DNA of 64,000 nucleotides from an uncultured virus (IMG/VR IMGVR_UViG_3300035183_001077) (lineage: Duplodnaviria; Heunggongvirae; Uroviricota; Caudoviricetes): the IMG/VR virus record IMGVR_UViG_3300035183_001077. One strand, given 5' to 3'. Positions within the stretch are counted from its first letter, which is position 1, and each line of letters starts with the position of its first letter. A program made the translations under genes and the position numbers. Shown here one piece after another: positions 54,142-64,000 of this stretch. The notes beneath the pieces are model-generated. The model saw only the letters and a program-made list of their open reading frames with translations, had not been told where the DNA came from and searched no databases.

Positions 54142-56025
54142 ATGAAACGCATTCCTATCCATGTAAGCACAAAAGGATCATGCACAGGAGCCAAAGCAGG
54201 TGAACCATATTCACCAGATCAATGTTTGATTTGCTGGCTAGCTAACAATAAACAGGAATTTAAATTTCTAGATAAAATTAATACTGAGCATCAAACTCTT
54301 GTTTCAAAAACTTATTCTAATCTTGTTGCTGAGAATACTGAGATAGCAAAAATAATAGAAGAAAGGCAGCAACAGGCTAAATATGAAGGTGGTTTCTTCC
54401 AGAAATTATCCAATTTTTATAAAGCTTCTTTCAAATGGTTGTCTTCTGGAGCTGAGTTTTGTCCCGATCACGTACAGGAAAAGAGAAGGTATATTTGTAG
54501 AAATTGCAGTTTAGCCAATGCTGATGGTATATGTACTCATATTGGCTGTGGCTGTCAGGTTAATCAAAAAATCAGGCTTGCAAGTGAATCCTGTCCCATT
54601 CATAAGTGGGAAGAGCATAAACCAAAACCTGAACTTACAGAAAATTATCCCGTACAAGCATGGAAAGAATATGTTCAGAATTTCCGTCTGACTGAATTGG
54701 AAGGCAAGGATCCAGAAGAAATTAAACCTTTCCGAAAACTTAATTTGGCTATTATCGAAACTATACACGAGAAACTGCAAGAATTTAATAATACAAAACA
54801 GGATTATATTAATAATTTGATTGATGATGTATGCTTAGTCATGTGTGGTGGTGGTAGTACATATGTTCAATGTGCATGGCAGTTGGCATATGTTATGAGG
54901 AAATTGGGTTGGTCGGCTCCCATAGAATTCTGGTATTTGGGAGATGTAGAATTAGATTCGTTTAGTAAGAAAATGCTTGAAGATTTACAGGTAAATGTAA
55001 TTGATGCTACAGAAATGTCTAAGAAATACCCAGCCAGAATACTTCATGGTTGGGAATTAAAAGTTTACAGTACATTTTATTCTAAGTACCGTTATATTGT
55101 GTTCCTGGATACAGATATCATACCGACGCAAAATCCTGAATATATGTTTACATCACCGCTTTTTTATGAAACAGGAAATATCTTCTGGCAGGATCCAGCT
55201 AACGAATTTGTCAGCTTAGATGCATTATGGGCTGCTGGAATACCTGTTACACAAAAACTGATTGACGGAGAGTCTGGACAATTTTATGTTGATAAAAAAC
55301 GATGGGCTGCAGAGTTACGAGCTGCTTTATTATTGAATGAATTTTCTGATTACTACTATAAATTCTTCTACGGTGATAAAACCTCGTTTGCACTTGGATG
55401 GGCAATACTCAATAAAAATCTGACATATATTAAAAGAGATTACTCTACATTAGATCACATTTTTGTTGATGATAATGCATATCCCATCTATTTGCACAAA
55501 GATCAATATGGCCAATTATTATTCCAGCATTTCATTCTTGCTAGTAAGGAACTATTGGTTCAAGGTGTAGGATTAGATAATGTAATAAATAAGGAACTAT
55601 ACCTGGAAGCAAATCAAACAATTAAAACTAAGTACGACTGGAGCGGGCAAATCTATTCATGGAATCGCCTAAGTAAAGAAGAGCTTGATTTCAGCAGAAG
55701 AATTGTTGGAAAATATATATATCAAGAACATGATTTTGATGAAATAGACATTAATAAAAAACCGCATGGTAGGGTTGTTCATCTGCAGGATAATGGAAAA
55801 ATAATCGACACTTCAGTAAAAAGCAATGGCGTATTGACTGGATGGAGCATCAGAATACATAATAATAGACCTCAAATAATCCTGTTTTCCAATCATAACG
55901 GTCATAAACCTTTCGTGTCCGTATATTCGTTTCTCAACGAAGAACGACCACATATATGGGTCGGCAAAACAAGGTTAATCAATACACATAAGAGCTACAG
56001 CGTAAGTCTGGAAAAGGTCAGGTAA
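54142..56025 (+). CDS. GT71 (Mnn2-like) mannosyltransferase with Cys-rich N-terminal domains
   Basis: GWELK, FLDTD (DxD), G.IFWQD, ESGQ and YGDKTSF motifs. Confidence 0.75.
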   Translation: MKRIPIHVSTKGSCTGAKAGEPYSPDQCLICWLANNKQEFKFLDKINTEHQTLVSKTYSNLVAENTEIAKIIEERQQQAKYEGGFFQKLSNFYKASFKWLSSGAEFCPDHVQEKRRYICRNCSLANADGICTHIGCGCQVNQKIRLASESCPIHKWEEHKPKPELTENYPVQAWKEYVQNFRLTELEGKDPEEIKPFRKLNLAIIETIHEKLQEFNNTKQDYINNLIDDVCLVMCGGGSTYVQCAWQLAYVMRKLGWSAPIEFWYLGDVELDSFSKKMLEDLQVNVIDATEMSKKYPARILHGWELKVYSTFYSKYRYIVFLDTDIIPTQNPEYMFTSPLFYETGNIFWQDPANEFVSLDALWAAGIPVTQKLIDGESGQFYVDKKRWAAELRAALLLNEFSDYYYKFFYGDKTSFALGWAILNKNLTYIKRDYSTLDHIFVDDNAYPIYLHKDQYGQLLFQHFILASKELLVQGVGLDNVINKELYLEANQTIKTKYDWSGQIYSWNRLSKEELDFSRRIVGKYIYQEHDFDEIDINKKPHGRVVHLQDNGKIIDTSVKSNGVLTGWSIRIHNNRPQIILFSNHNGHKPFVSVYSFLNEERPHIWVGKTRLINTHKSYSVSLEKVR

Positions 56026-56482
56026 GTGAAAATATCTTTTTCAAAGGTATAGACAAGGTAAAGTAAACTACAGGAGATTGTATTTCAACTTTATCTTTGT
56101 CTGTTAGCTTGACAACTTCATCTTTCATAGCGAAGAAGTCTATTTTGCAACAATAAATGGCCGCGTAAATAGCTGCGTCTGATTCCATCTTGAAAGTAAG
56201 TTGTGGTCTAACAAACACATTGTCTGAATTAATATCCTGATTCATAAAATTAGGACCAGTCAACATAACTGTAGAATAATAAAAGTCATCAGATACCGTA
56301 GCATTTAATATTTTATAGTTATCTTCGCTGGTTGAACCTGAACAAAAACCATTTCTCGTATGATACCTCAGCCAACATGGGCGACATTGAGACACGTCAT
56401 AATCAGAATCAGGTACAAACCCAGAACAAAAGCCTTTACTGTGAGGCGGAAAATAAATCCTTTCCAGTTTCAAGTTTCCCAT
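56018..56482 (-). CDS. Hypothetical Cys-rich protein
   Basis: HSKGFCSG...QCRPCWL motif shared with the N terminus of 54142..56025. Confidence 0.6.
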   Translation of the reverse strand: MGNLKLERIYFPPHSKGFCSGFVPDSDYDVSQCRPCWLRYHTRNGFCSGSTSEDNYKILNATVSDDFYYSTVMLTGPNFMNQDINSDNVFVRPQLTFKMESDAAIYAAIYCCKIDFFAMKDEVVKLTDKDKVEIQSPVVYFTLSIPLKKIFSLT

Positions 56483-56627
56483 TATTTACCTCTTGCTCAA
56501 TCGTTTTGATTTTTTCAGAAAAGAAATCCAAAAGTAATTGTTGAAATTTAAATAAATCCGGCAATGGTGGGAAATCGCTCTTCTTACTTTCAATAAATTT
56601 AAATAATGATGAATTATTCATAATCAA
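56436..56627 (-). CDS. Hypothetical protein
   Basis: 63-aa ORF overlapping both neighbours. Confidence 0.5.
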   Translation of the reverse strand: MIMNNSSLFKFIESKKSDFPPLPDLFKFQQLLLDFFSEKIKTIEQEVNNGKLETGKDLFSASQ

Positions 56628-56980
56628 CTACCATTGATTGGTTTGTCTTCCACTGCCTGCTCACTAGTCCATACTTCAGGTTTCTTAACGTCAACCATAA
56701 TTGGCACTTTTACCGTATATTGCCGTTCGATATAAATTTGATAAGAATCGCTAACATTATCAGCTGTAGAAGGAAGTTTTTTATCGCCATTTTTATTCAT
56801 GTAAGACTTAGCCGGTACAACGACTAAGCCTTCTCGTGGTACATTAGCTAAATTAACAGAAACATTGTTATTCTTAGCAGCTTCTTGCTCCGTAGGCACT
56901 TTACCTCGCAAATCTCGCAATACCGCATAAACTACAACTCCGACCAATACTACAGATACACCAATACTGACCCACATCAT
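56624..56980 (-). CDS. Single-pass membrane protein
   Basis: N-terminal TM helix; AAGGAG RBS. Confidence 0.7.
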   Translation of the reverse strand: MMWVSIGVSVVLVGVVVYAVLRDLRGKVPTEQEAAKNNNVSVNLANVPREGLVVVPAKSYMNKNGDKKLPSTADNVSDSYQIYIERQYTVKVPIMVDVKKPEVWTSEQAVEDKPINGS

Positions 56981-56998
56981 AGCGTATTCTCCTTTTGT

Positions 56999-57964
56999 CT
57001 ACTGGTTGGTTTTTCGTCTTCTAAGCAGCAAAATCAATCCAGCCAGTATCGACTGCCCTACAGTGTTTCCAACTATCACGTAATTTTCCCAATCAACTCC
57101 TGGCGATGGAGGTTTGGGCTGTGGTTCCGGCGCAGGTTTGGGTTCAGGTTTAGGTTCAGGTTTGCGTAAATCCGGTACTTCTTTTTGCAACTTATCCGCT
57201 AAAGCCGGATCTACTTTTCTCAGAGCTTCAAAAAGACCAGCAGACACATCATTCGGATCCGGTTGATGGTGTACCAAAACAGCTTTGCCATTCGTATCCC
57301 TAGGCCCAAAAACTGTCATACCGTCAGGTAAAGATACTTGTCTGTTATCAGCGGTAGTATATTTTATTTGCCAATCATCAGGCTTGAAATATTGAAACTT
57401 GAAATAATTATTAAAAGCTGGATGCAGCTTGGAAATTTCATTTTTGAATTGCAAGGATAAGTTTTCTGATCCAACAACTACAGCAGTCAGTTTAGCATTT
57501 TCTGATCTCCAGTCCAGTTCTCCAAACCTAGAAAGATCGTATTTTATACCTTTTTGTCTATCCATATTCCATCTGATTATATCTATACCATAATTCGGAA
57601 TACGATTAGGTGTCATCATATCAGTCGATTTCTCTGGTTTGGCCGCCTCAAGTAATAATCCTGACAAGTCAATCTTATTTTCTTCGCCACCAACTATGCA
57701 AACCCACACATGCCTGTGCTTAGTACCAATGCCAATCCAGTAAGTCTGTCCTTTCTTCAAATCGTATAATTCAAATTCTCTCCTGGTACCCAATGTTTTC
57801 GATTGATATTCCTGATCATTGTCTAACAAAAATAGTAAAGGCACATTCTGCAATACTTCAGGAACAGTTATTACCAATCTAGTAGTATCATTATTGCTTT
57901 GTCCATTTAATGAATTTATAAAAATCAATAGGGTAGCCACATAAATCAGACTGGTTTTTTTCAT
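56999..57964 (-). CDS. Secreted, C-terminally anchored protein with a TIGR03000-like domain
   Basis: Signal peptide; LVITVP...GTRREF..DLKKGQTY; PEPK linker; TM helix plus RRRK tail. Confidence 0.55.
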   Translation of the reverse strand: MKKTSLIYVATLLIFINSLNGQSNNDTTRLVITVPEVLQNVPLLFLLDNDQEYQSKTLGTRREFELYDLKKGQTYWIGIGTKHRHVWVCIVGGEENKIDLSGLLLEAAKPEKSTDMMTPNRIPNYGIDIIRWNMDRQKGIKYDLSRFGELDWRSENAKLTAVVVGSENLSLQFKNEISKLHPAFNNYFKFQYFKPDDWQIKYTTADNRQVSLPDGMTVFGPRDTNGKAVLVHHQPDPNDVSAGLFEALRKVDPALADKLQKEVPDLRKPEPKPEPKPAPEPQPKPPSPGVDWENYVIVGNTVGQSILAGLILLLRRRKTNQ

Positions 57965-57967
57965 AAT

Positions 57968-58627
57968 TTATCTCCTCAAAATATCTACCGGCACTGGTGG
58001 AGGCGGGTCATCAAGTAAAACAACTACCCATGAACTGTCTCCACCGAGATGACTGCTTTTTAATCTTTTGAAAAATTCATCTTTGCTCATCCACTCCCAT
58101 GTATTAGGATAATTGTTGTCTAAACAACATACAAGATTATCTCCAAAAAATACACAATTTACCATGTGTGCTATTCTGGCGCCAGTCCTATCAGATCCAT
58201 ATGTAACACAAGCCATACGATTGGTTTTAGCAGCATATTCTAATAATTTAATACAATTATCCATGCCTTCTACCTGAATATAATTTTCATAATTAAATTT
58301 TCCCTTGAGATATTTGTCAACTTTTGCCGGATAACCACCGCCAGGTTGAGAGCGCATATAATTAAACAAGTCTTTAAGTTTCTCTACATTCTGCCATCTC
58401 GCCGCATGAGTTATTGAAGCCCAAACACATAATCCAGCACCGTCAATACCTCCTTTATTCCTAATATGAAATTGGTTTGGCAGAGGACACTGTACTTCGG
58501 TACCCTGATATACTGGTTCATCAGTTACAGTGCTGTTTTTACCGAAATCGGTTTGTGTAAAACAAACGTAAGTAGGCACTAAAATATTTAATATTAATAA
58601 TGCAAGAAGCAAAACTTGCCTCATCAT
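57968..58627 (-). CDS. Secreted papain-like (C39-like) cysteine peptidase
   Basis: Signal peptide; GLCVWAS, AHMVN and LDNN candidate Cys-His-Asp/Asn triad. Confidence 0.65.
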   Translation of the reverse strand: MMRQVLLLALLILNILVPTYVCFTQTDFGKNSTVTDEPVYQGTEVQCPLPNQFHIRNKGGIDGAGLCVWASITHAARWQNVEKLKDLFNYMRSQPGGGYPAKVDKYLKGKFNYENYIQVEGMDNCIKLLEYAAKTNRMACVTYGSDRTGARIAHMVNCVFFGDNLVCCLDNNYPNTWEWMSKDEFFKRLKSSHLGGDSSWVVVLLDDPPPPVPVDILRR

Positions 58628-58635
58628 TTTCCCCC

Positions 58636-59343
58636 TCAGGACTTCTTATCGTTAGATATTACCTCTGAGCTGTATACCAGTCCAGGCTGATTATTATATC
58701 TTCCTCCTCTATCAGAATAACTCAAAGAACACTGTTTTTCAGCAGAAAAGAAAATAATTTGCCCAATACCTTCATAAGGATATAATCTCACAGGAAAATC
58801 TGATGAATTAAATATTTCTATAGTTAATTTACCGCACCACTCGGGTTCAAGTGGCGTCATATTTAACATTATTCCACACCTGGCGTAAGAACTTTTTCCA
58901 ATACAAATAGCTATTACATCTCTAGGAATCTTAAACCACTCAAGACTTTCTGCCAAACAAAATGAATGTGGTGCTAAATAAAAAGCGCCTTGAATGGTTA
59001 CTTCTTCAAACAACGATTTGGAATAGTCTGGTTTTTTTGGATCCAGGTTGAATCCTGAAATAGATCTTCTAAGAAAAGCAAACTTGTCTCCTAGCCTGAA
59101 CGTATAACCATAACTTGAAAGACCGTAGCTTAACATTCCAGAATTAACAAATCTATCACAAAGAGGTTGAATAACAATTCTTTTAACAATTTCGCTGTCA
59201 GGTAAAACCCCGCATATCCGTGCAGAGTCTTCAGCAATTATTTCAGTTATTTTTACTTGTTCTTCTCGATTTACAGTTTCCGTTTTTTCTTCTCCCATGA
59301 AGCAGCAGCATTTACTTTCAGACAATGCTGGATCCTGATGCAT
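58636..59343 (-). CDS. dcd: dCTP deaminase
   Basis: LSYGLSSYGY, GKSSYARCG, TPLEPEW.G.LTIE, GIGQ and SY.DRGGRY..Q; start reassigned to ATG 59343 (AAGGAG RBS). Confidence 0.9.
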   Translation of the reverse strand: MHQDPALSESKCCCFMGEEKTETVNREEQVKITEIIAEDSARICGVLPDSEIVKRIVIQPLCDRFVNSGMLSYGLSSYGYTFRLGDKFAFLRRSISGFNLDPKKPDYSKSLFEEVTIQGAFYLAPHSFCLAESLEWFKIPRDVIAICIGKSSYARCGIMLNMTPLEPEWCGKLTIEIFNSSDFPVRLYPYEGIGQIIFFSAEKQCSLSYSDRGGRYNNQPGLVYSSEVISNDKKS

Positions 59344-60991
59344 GTTCGTCTCCTTCTGTGGCTTTGGCGTAATACATCTTGTTTTCTCTATCATAACCGA
59401 TGATATGAGAAACGTCAATGAACCCACCCTCTATTTCATCAAAAAATAATATACGATCATTTTCGTCAATCGGGTCATAACGTAATTTTGTACAGTACAA
59501 CCGTGTATACCTACCTGTTTTTATGGCATTATCAGCCGAAGTTATAAGAGAAGGTGCTGAAATACACAAACAGGCATCAAGCTTTTCAGCAAAGTTCCTG
59601 GCTTCAGCCGCAAAAGTGTGATCAGCCAGTTCAGGCTTGCGACGATTAGCTTCTGTACCAAATTGATGAAACAGCCAGACAATACAACTGTATTTCTTTG
59701 CAATCTGCTTCTTAAATATCGTTGGGCACGAACCTATAGCTGTTCGGAAAGAAAACTGGTCTCTTGACTCTGGCGACATCTCCATCATTGCTCGTACATA
59801 ATCTATAATCACGCCGCCTATTTCATATTTTGCTGCCATGTGCTCAACGGACGAACAGACAAACGAAATTCCCAAATCTTCTTTATCTACTTCTACAACA
59901 TCTATAAAGTGTATTGGCAGCTGGGATAATAGGTTTCTACTATATTCAAACCTCTCTCTTTCTGACATTACCATATTTGCTGCTATAAATTTTGGCATAT
60001 TCTTTTTTTCATAATCACACGTACCAAATACATCAGCTAATTGAGAAATATCAGTTAATTTTCTTAATTTAGACAGGGGTATTTTGGCAAGATAACTGTG
60101 AGCTATTTCAGCCAACCTATCAGCACTTACTTCAAAAGTATATAAAAAATAATGTTTATAAACGTAAGTTTCATCGTTTTGCCGTTTCTGGTATTCTCGT
60201 AGGCCATAGTTAACCAGCAGTTGAACGGCCAGAGTAGTTTTTCCACCACCATAGTATCCTAAAATACCGCCTATTTCACCAGCAGCCAGACCGCCTCTCA
60301 ACAATTCGTCTACTGCTGTAAAACCAGAAGAAACAATCCTTCGTACATTAGGCATCCAATTACTATTACTGACATCTTTAACCATCTGTGTATCAATAAC
60401 AGAAACACGTTTGGCTGTATCTTTCAAAAACTCATCAAGGTTTTCGATTACTATATTTTCCGATGAACTCAATGTAGCCAGCAAATCCTGACTTACTTTG
60501 TTAGCTAAAAATTTCTTTAATAATGAAACAATATAACTGCTAGGCAATAAATCTTCACCAGTTTCAGAACGTTTAGCATTCCAGTTACGCCAGAGTTTCA
60601 ACAATCCGTTTTCTTTATTCAAAAACCAAAATATATGATTAACAAAAATATCAGATGATACTGCAGAAAAGTCATCGTCTTGCTCGTTGTTTATACCAGC
60701 TTCTATATCTTCGTCTGACAGTTTCTTAGATATTCTCAATATTTCAGATAACTTCGTTTCTATAATATCTGGCCAGATATTTCTATCAATTTTTTGCTGC
60801 TCTAACTGTTGTATTTGATTCCATAACCACCTGGGAAGGGCATCACGATAAGTTGAAATATATTTATTAAAATCAAGACTATCAGCCTGTGCTTTGATAA
60901 AGGGGTATTGGCACAGGCCTATTATGAGGGTGGTAATCTCAGTAAGAGAGAGTGGGGAAGAAAATTGAATTCGGACTTGTTTGTTAAGCAT
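59318..60991 (-). CDS. DnaB-like (SF4) replicative helicase
   Basis: SGF.AVDELL.GGL, Walker A GYYGGGKTT, IIDY, W.FHQ and C-terminal KLR. Confidence 0.8.
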   Translation of the reverse strand: MLNKQVRIQFSSPLSLTEITTLIIGLCQYPFIKAQADSLDFNKYISTYRDALPRWLWNQIQQLEQQKIDRNIWPDIIETKLSEILRISKKLSDEDIEAGINNEQDDDFSAVSSDIFVNHIFWFLNKENGLLKLWRNWNAKRSETGEDLLPSSYIVSLLKKFLANKVSQDLLATLSSSENIVIENLDEFLKDTAKRVSVIDTQMVKDVSNSNWMPNVRRIVSSGFTAVDELLRGGLAAGEIGGILGYYGGGKTTLAVQLLVNYGLREYQKRQNDETYVYKHYFLYTFEVSADRLAEIAHSYLAKIPLSKLRKLTDISQLADVFGTCDYEKKNMPKFIAANMVMSERERFEYSRNLLSQLPIHFIDVVEVDKEDLGISFVCSSVEHMAAKYEIGGVIIDYVRAMMEMSPESRDQFSFRTAIGSCPTIFKKQIAKKYSCIVWLFHQFGTEANRRKPELADHTFAAEARNFAEKLDACLCISAPSLITSADNAIKTGRYTRLYCTKLRYDPIDENDRILFFDEIEGGFIDVSHIIGYDRENKMYYAKATEGDEHASGSSIV

Positions 60992-61045
60992 AGCTCCAAC
61001 ACCTGCTTAGAACAGTATAAACAACCAACCAGGTTGGCAACAACT

Positions 61046-61861
61046 CTATTCAATCAAGGACTGGTAATCTGTTTGTAATTTATTAGACAGCTTAGTTAAA
61101 GCCGATTCAAGCCCGTCTCTTATTGCCGATATCACCAGGTCTTTAATAATTTCTCTTTTTTCATCCAGAAGTTTACCAAGGTTTATTAATATTTTAGGTA
61201 AAATCTGTGTTTTGAAAATAGATAAAATTTTATCAGTAATCCACCCTTCATAAGCTCTTTCACCAAAAACAGGCTTGTCCTCATCTTTATATTGTGCCTC
61301 TTTGTCCTCATGCTGAACTGCAGGTTGTTTTCTCCTTCTATCACGCAAAAATAAAATAAATTTTATTAAATTGAATACAAACGAACCAATTGAAAGCAAA
61401 AGCATCAGAACTGGCGGAAATGCTATTCCATATTTTTTTGATATTTCTTTAAATTTTGCAACAACTTCTGCCTTTTCATTATCACGCAATCTGCCTTCTC
61501 TACCATAAATCTTGGTTTTATATAATTCTTCCAGCTCATTAGCGTATTCTTCAAGGACATCGTCAGGTAAATCTCTTAATCGGCGGCTGATAGTTTCAAA
61601 TTCCTTCTTACCCTGTTCCGCTACTTCAGCAGAAATGGCAAAATTCTGAAAATCTTCGTCGTTTTCTTCAACTTGAATTCTTTTTTCCAAATCTTTCAAT
61701 ACATTTTCATGAGTTATCATATTTACTCGGTGAGTTTCTACATCTTCATATATTTCTTCTCTGTCAAGCATTTGATCAAGCAACTCTTTAGGTAAATTTT
61801 CAAAAACGTTCTTCAATACCGGCAGCATCAAACTTTCTAAATCTAATTTATCTTGAGCCAT
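61046..61861 (-). CDS. Acidic coiled-coil protein with a central TM helix
   Basis: 271-aa ORF, AGGAG RBS. Confidence 0.7.
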   Translation of the reverse strand: MAQDKLDLESLMLPVLKNVFENLPKELLDQMLDREEIYEDVETHRVNMITHENVLKDLEKRIQVEENDEDFQNFAISAEVAEQGKKEFETISRRLRDLPDDVLEEYANELEELYKTKIYGREGRLRDNEKAEVVAKFKEISKKYGIAFPPVLMLLLSIGSFVFNLIKFILFLRDRRRKQPAVQHEDKEAQYKDEDKPVFGERAYEGWITDKILSIFKTQILPKILINLGKLLDEKREIIKDLVISAIRDGLESALTKLSNKLQTDYQSLIE

Positions 61862-61888
61862 GCCTTACTCCTGTTTCTTACTGGTTTA

Positions 61889-62704
61889 TTATACTACACC
61901 AAATGCAGTTTCGCCGAATTCTTTTATTTTATGATCAATATTACCTTTAATTTGCGAAATTCTTGCCGGAGTTAATTTATATTTCTTAGCAATATCTGCA
62001 AGCTGTTTTGGTTTTTTACCATACATTCCGTATATTTCTTCCATAATAGCCTGATGTAACGGGTCTAAAGATAAATATACAGATTCTAAAAGTAATTTAA
62101 ATTTTTGTTCTTTGACGCCTGGCCGTTCTACAATAACTGTACCTGTACCTACACCCCTTACTGACTCGCCCTCTTCTCCACGTTCTTCCACACCTTCACC
62201 AATGATATTTAGTGATTTTCCCAAAACCTTCTCAATTTTTTTCAAAGAAATACCAGTATAATCAGCAATTTGGGCAGCAGAAGGCTCGTGCCCAAGTTTG
62301 TTTGCTAATTCTTTAATTGCCGCGTTTATTTTATTTCGCAACAAAGCTTCTTTAGATGAAATATACGTAGGATAAATTTCATAGCGAGTATCTTCCATTA
62401 GGCGTTTTAACCGCGTATACAAATGCGTAGTCATGCTGGATTTGGTTGGATCATAATCTTTAATTGCTTTTAGAGCATAATATTTGGCTCGCCCACGTAA
62501 TAAATCGCTGTCAAACGTTCCGCCGTATACATTTAATGTTTTAGTAAGCACAGGATTTATCAAATTTATAAATTCAGACAATTTTTTTGGAGAAAAGTTA
62601 GACTTTACAAGGTTATAAAATGGTACCCGTAATTCTTTCTCAAGCTTTAATTTCTTATCCTCAGCAAAAGATTCTGGCGTTGGATAATCTCTGATTATAT
62701 TCAT
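61889..62704 (-). CDS. Phage-encoded sigma70-family factor (group 3-like)
   Basis: Region 2 ALKAIKDYDPTK; region 3 LGHEPSAAQIADYTGIS; region 4 HTH LADIAKKYKLTPARISQI. Confidence 0.85.
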   Translation of the reverse strand: MNIIRDYPTPESFAEDKKLKLEKELRVPFYNLVKSNFSPKKLSEFINLINPVLTKTLNVYGGTFDSDLLRGRAKYYALKAIKDYDPTKSSMTTHLYTRLKRLMEDTRYEIYPTYISSKEALLRNKINAAIKELANKLGHEPSAAQIADYTGISLKKIEKVLGKSLNIIGEGVEERGEEGESVRGVGTGTVIVERPGVKEQKFKLLLESVYLSLDPLHQAIMEEIYGMYGKKPKQLADIAKKYKLTPARISQIKGNIDHKIKEFGETAFGVV

Positions 62705-62713
62705 GATAATTCC

Positions 62714-64000
62714 TCATGGTATTGTGTTAATATAGGAAGGATCTACCCATAGCGGATGGAAACCATAATAAGGAAATGATGAAACGATCCAGTCTTTCAC
62801 TTCTTCATATCCTCGTACATGAGACAATGAAAAAGTTACTCCGGCCTTCTTTTCATTAATATCATACTCCAGCTCTACGGCAGTAATTTGTCCAATCATA
62901 GCCAGTTTATCTTGGTAATCATCTTTACGAAGAAAATTATATCCAAGTACTTTGGCTATTGTACCAGGACCTGGCATCATACCATAATATTTAATTGCAT
63001 TAATAATTGGCATTACCACAATCATACGCCGTGTCTCATAAGCTAATTTGTGAAATGTCGATCCAGCAATCAACGTACCAAGTTTTGTCATATTCATATA
63101 GTAGAGAGTTGTCCAATATTGCATAAGAACATTTGTCCATGCAGTCATCCAGTTCTGGACATAATTCAATTGAAACGTATTTAACCATTGCTGTACATTC
63201 TGTACATATAAATCAGTCAGAGAAGACCCTTTCATCCACGCTGGAGCTGGAATAACCAGCAACGAACCTGACATAAAGTTATTAAAATAATTAGGAAAAT
63301 TAAACCATGCAACATCATAATAACCAGCAATTGCTGTTTCCTTAGCTAATAACATTCCTGTATGTGGTAATTGACTTTCAGCAACAAGCACTACTCCACG
63401 CACATCCTGACGCACTTCGCCAGAAACTTTCATATAAATATAATCCCGCGGACTGAAAGTAAATTGATAATACGGACTTATTGGATTGTTTGGTATAATG
63501 TAAGCATCAGCACTATAACTTGGAGCAATTAAAAAGTCCCAGGTAGCACCAAGATCAAGCAATCTGGCAAACAGTGTAGCGTTAGTCCACGAAGTAACGT
63601 CTGTTCCAACAAGAGATTGAGCTAGAACTTCAGCATAGCCATACCCATATGTCCACATAAATCGTTTAGCATCATTATTCATCTGTAAAATGAATATCAT
63701 TCTGCCAAGAGAACTAGCTGCTCGTCCTTGACCAATAAACGGCAGTACTGGTTTCCCAGTATATTGAGTCAACTTTAACGCAGCATAATTAGTCAATAGA
63801 CTCGAACCAAGAAGTACAAAAAGATAAGATTGAACTACCCCACCAAAATTAAAAAGCGAAAAATAAGTTCCAGGCAACATCTTTCGCAGTAAATCATATG
63901 ATGTAACAGGAAGCTGCATAGTTAAAATTTGTTGAAATGTCGGTACACCCAGAAATAAATTAGCATTAGAAAAATCAGCAGGACTTGAAGGATGAATCAT
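62714..64000 (-). CDS. Hypothetical protein, probably 5'-partial; possible baseplate/tail hub
   Basis: ORF reaches the window edge; C-terminal GQITAVEL...FSLSHVR beta pattern. Confidence 0.5.
   Translation of the reverse strand: MIHPSSPADFSNANLFLGVPTFQQILTMQLPVTSYDLLRKMLPGTYFSLFNFGGVVQSYLFVLLGSSLLTNYAALKLTQYTGKPVLPFIGQGRAASSLGRMIFILQMNNDAKRFMWTYGYGYAEVLAQSLVGTDVTSWTNATLFARLLDLGATWDFLIAPSYSADAYIIPNNPISPYYQFTFSPRDYIYMKVSGEVRQDVRGVVLVAESQLPHTGMLLAKETAIAGYYDVAWFNFPNYFNNFMSGSLLVIPAPAWMKGSSLTDLYVQNVQQWLNTFQLNYVQNWMTAWTNVLMQYWTTLYYMNMTKLGTLIAGSTFHKLAYETRRMIVVMPIINAIKYYGMMPGPGTIAKVLGYNFLRKDDYQDKLAMIGQITAVELEYDINEKKAGVTFSLSHVRGYEEVKDWIVSSFPYYGFHPLWVDPSYINTIP

Noticed and set aside
1..64000. Stop-codon reassignment, as seen in some large phages
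   Set aside because: Long intact ORFs tile the window under the standard code, and TAA, TAG and TGA all terminate genes at sensible boundaries.

Overview
AT-rich, gene-dense 64-kb segment of a large (jumbo-type) dsDNA bacteriophage, read with the standard genetic code. The right half encodes a multisubunit RNA polymerase (a beta-beta'N fusion carrying an intein, plus a separate beta'C gene), a sigma factor, a DnaB-like helicase, dCTP deaminase, a GT71-like glycosyltransferase and many probable virion proteins. The left half is an accessory region with a tRNA-Met(CAT), an alanine-acceptor tmRNA-like mini RNA, two GC-rich multi-pseudoknot RNA islands and a tandem array of diversified ~460-aa paralogues. 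The standout is a compact CRISPR-like locus at about 10.76-12.88 kb. A perfect sigma70 promoter precedes 13 copies of a 19-nt non-palindromic repeat (AAGAAGGCAGAAGATAGAC) with irregular spacers. A ~150-nt structured RNA is embedded inside the array and exposes two separate anti-repeat segments. Directly downstream lies a 430-aa TnpB/Cas12-like protein whose RuvC catalytic residues and Zn finger appear lost. No cas1/cas2 or transposase is visible in the window. All protein family calls are from motif recognition by eye, not database searches.
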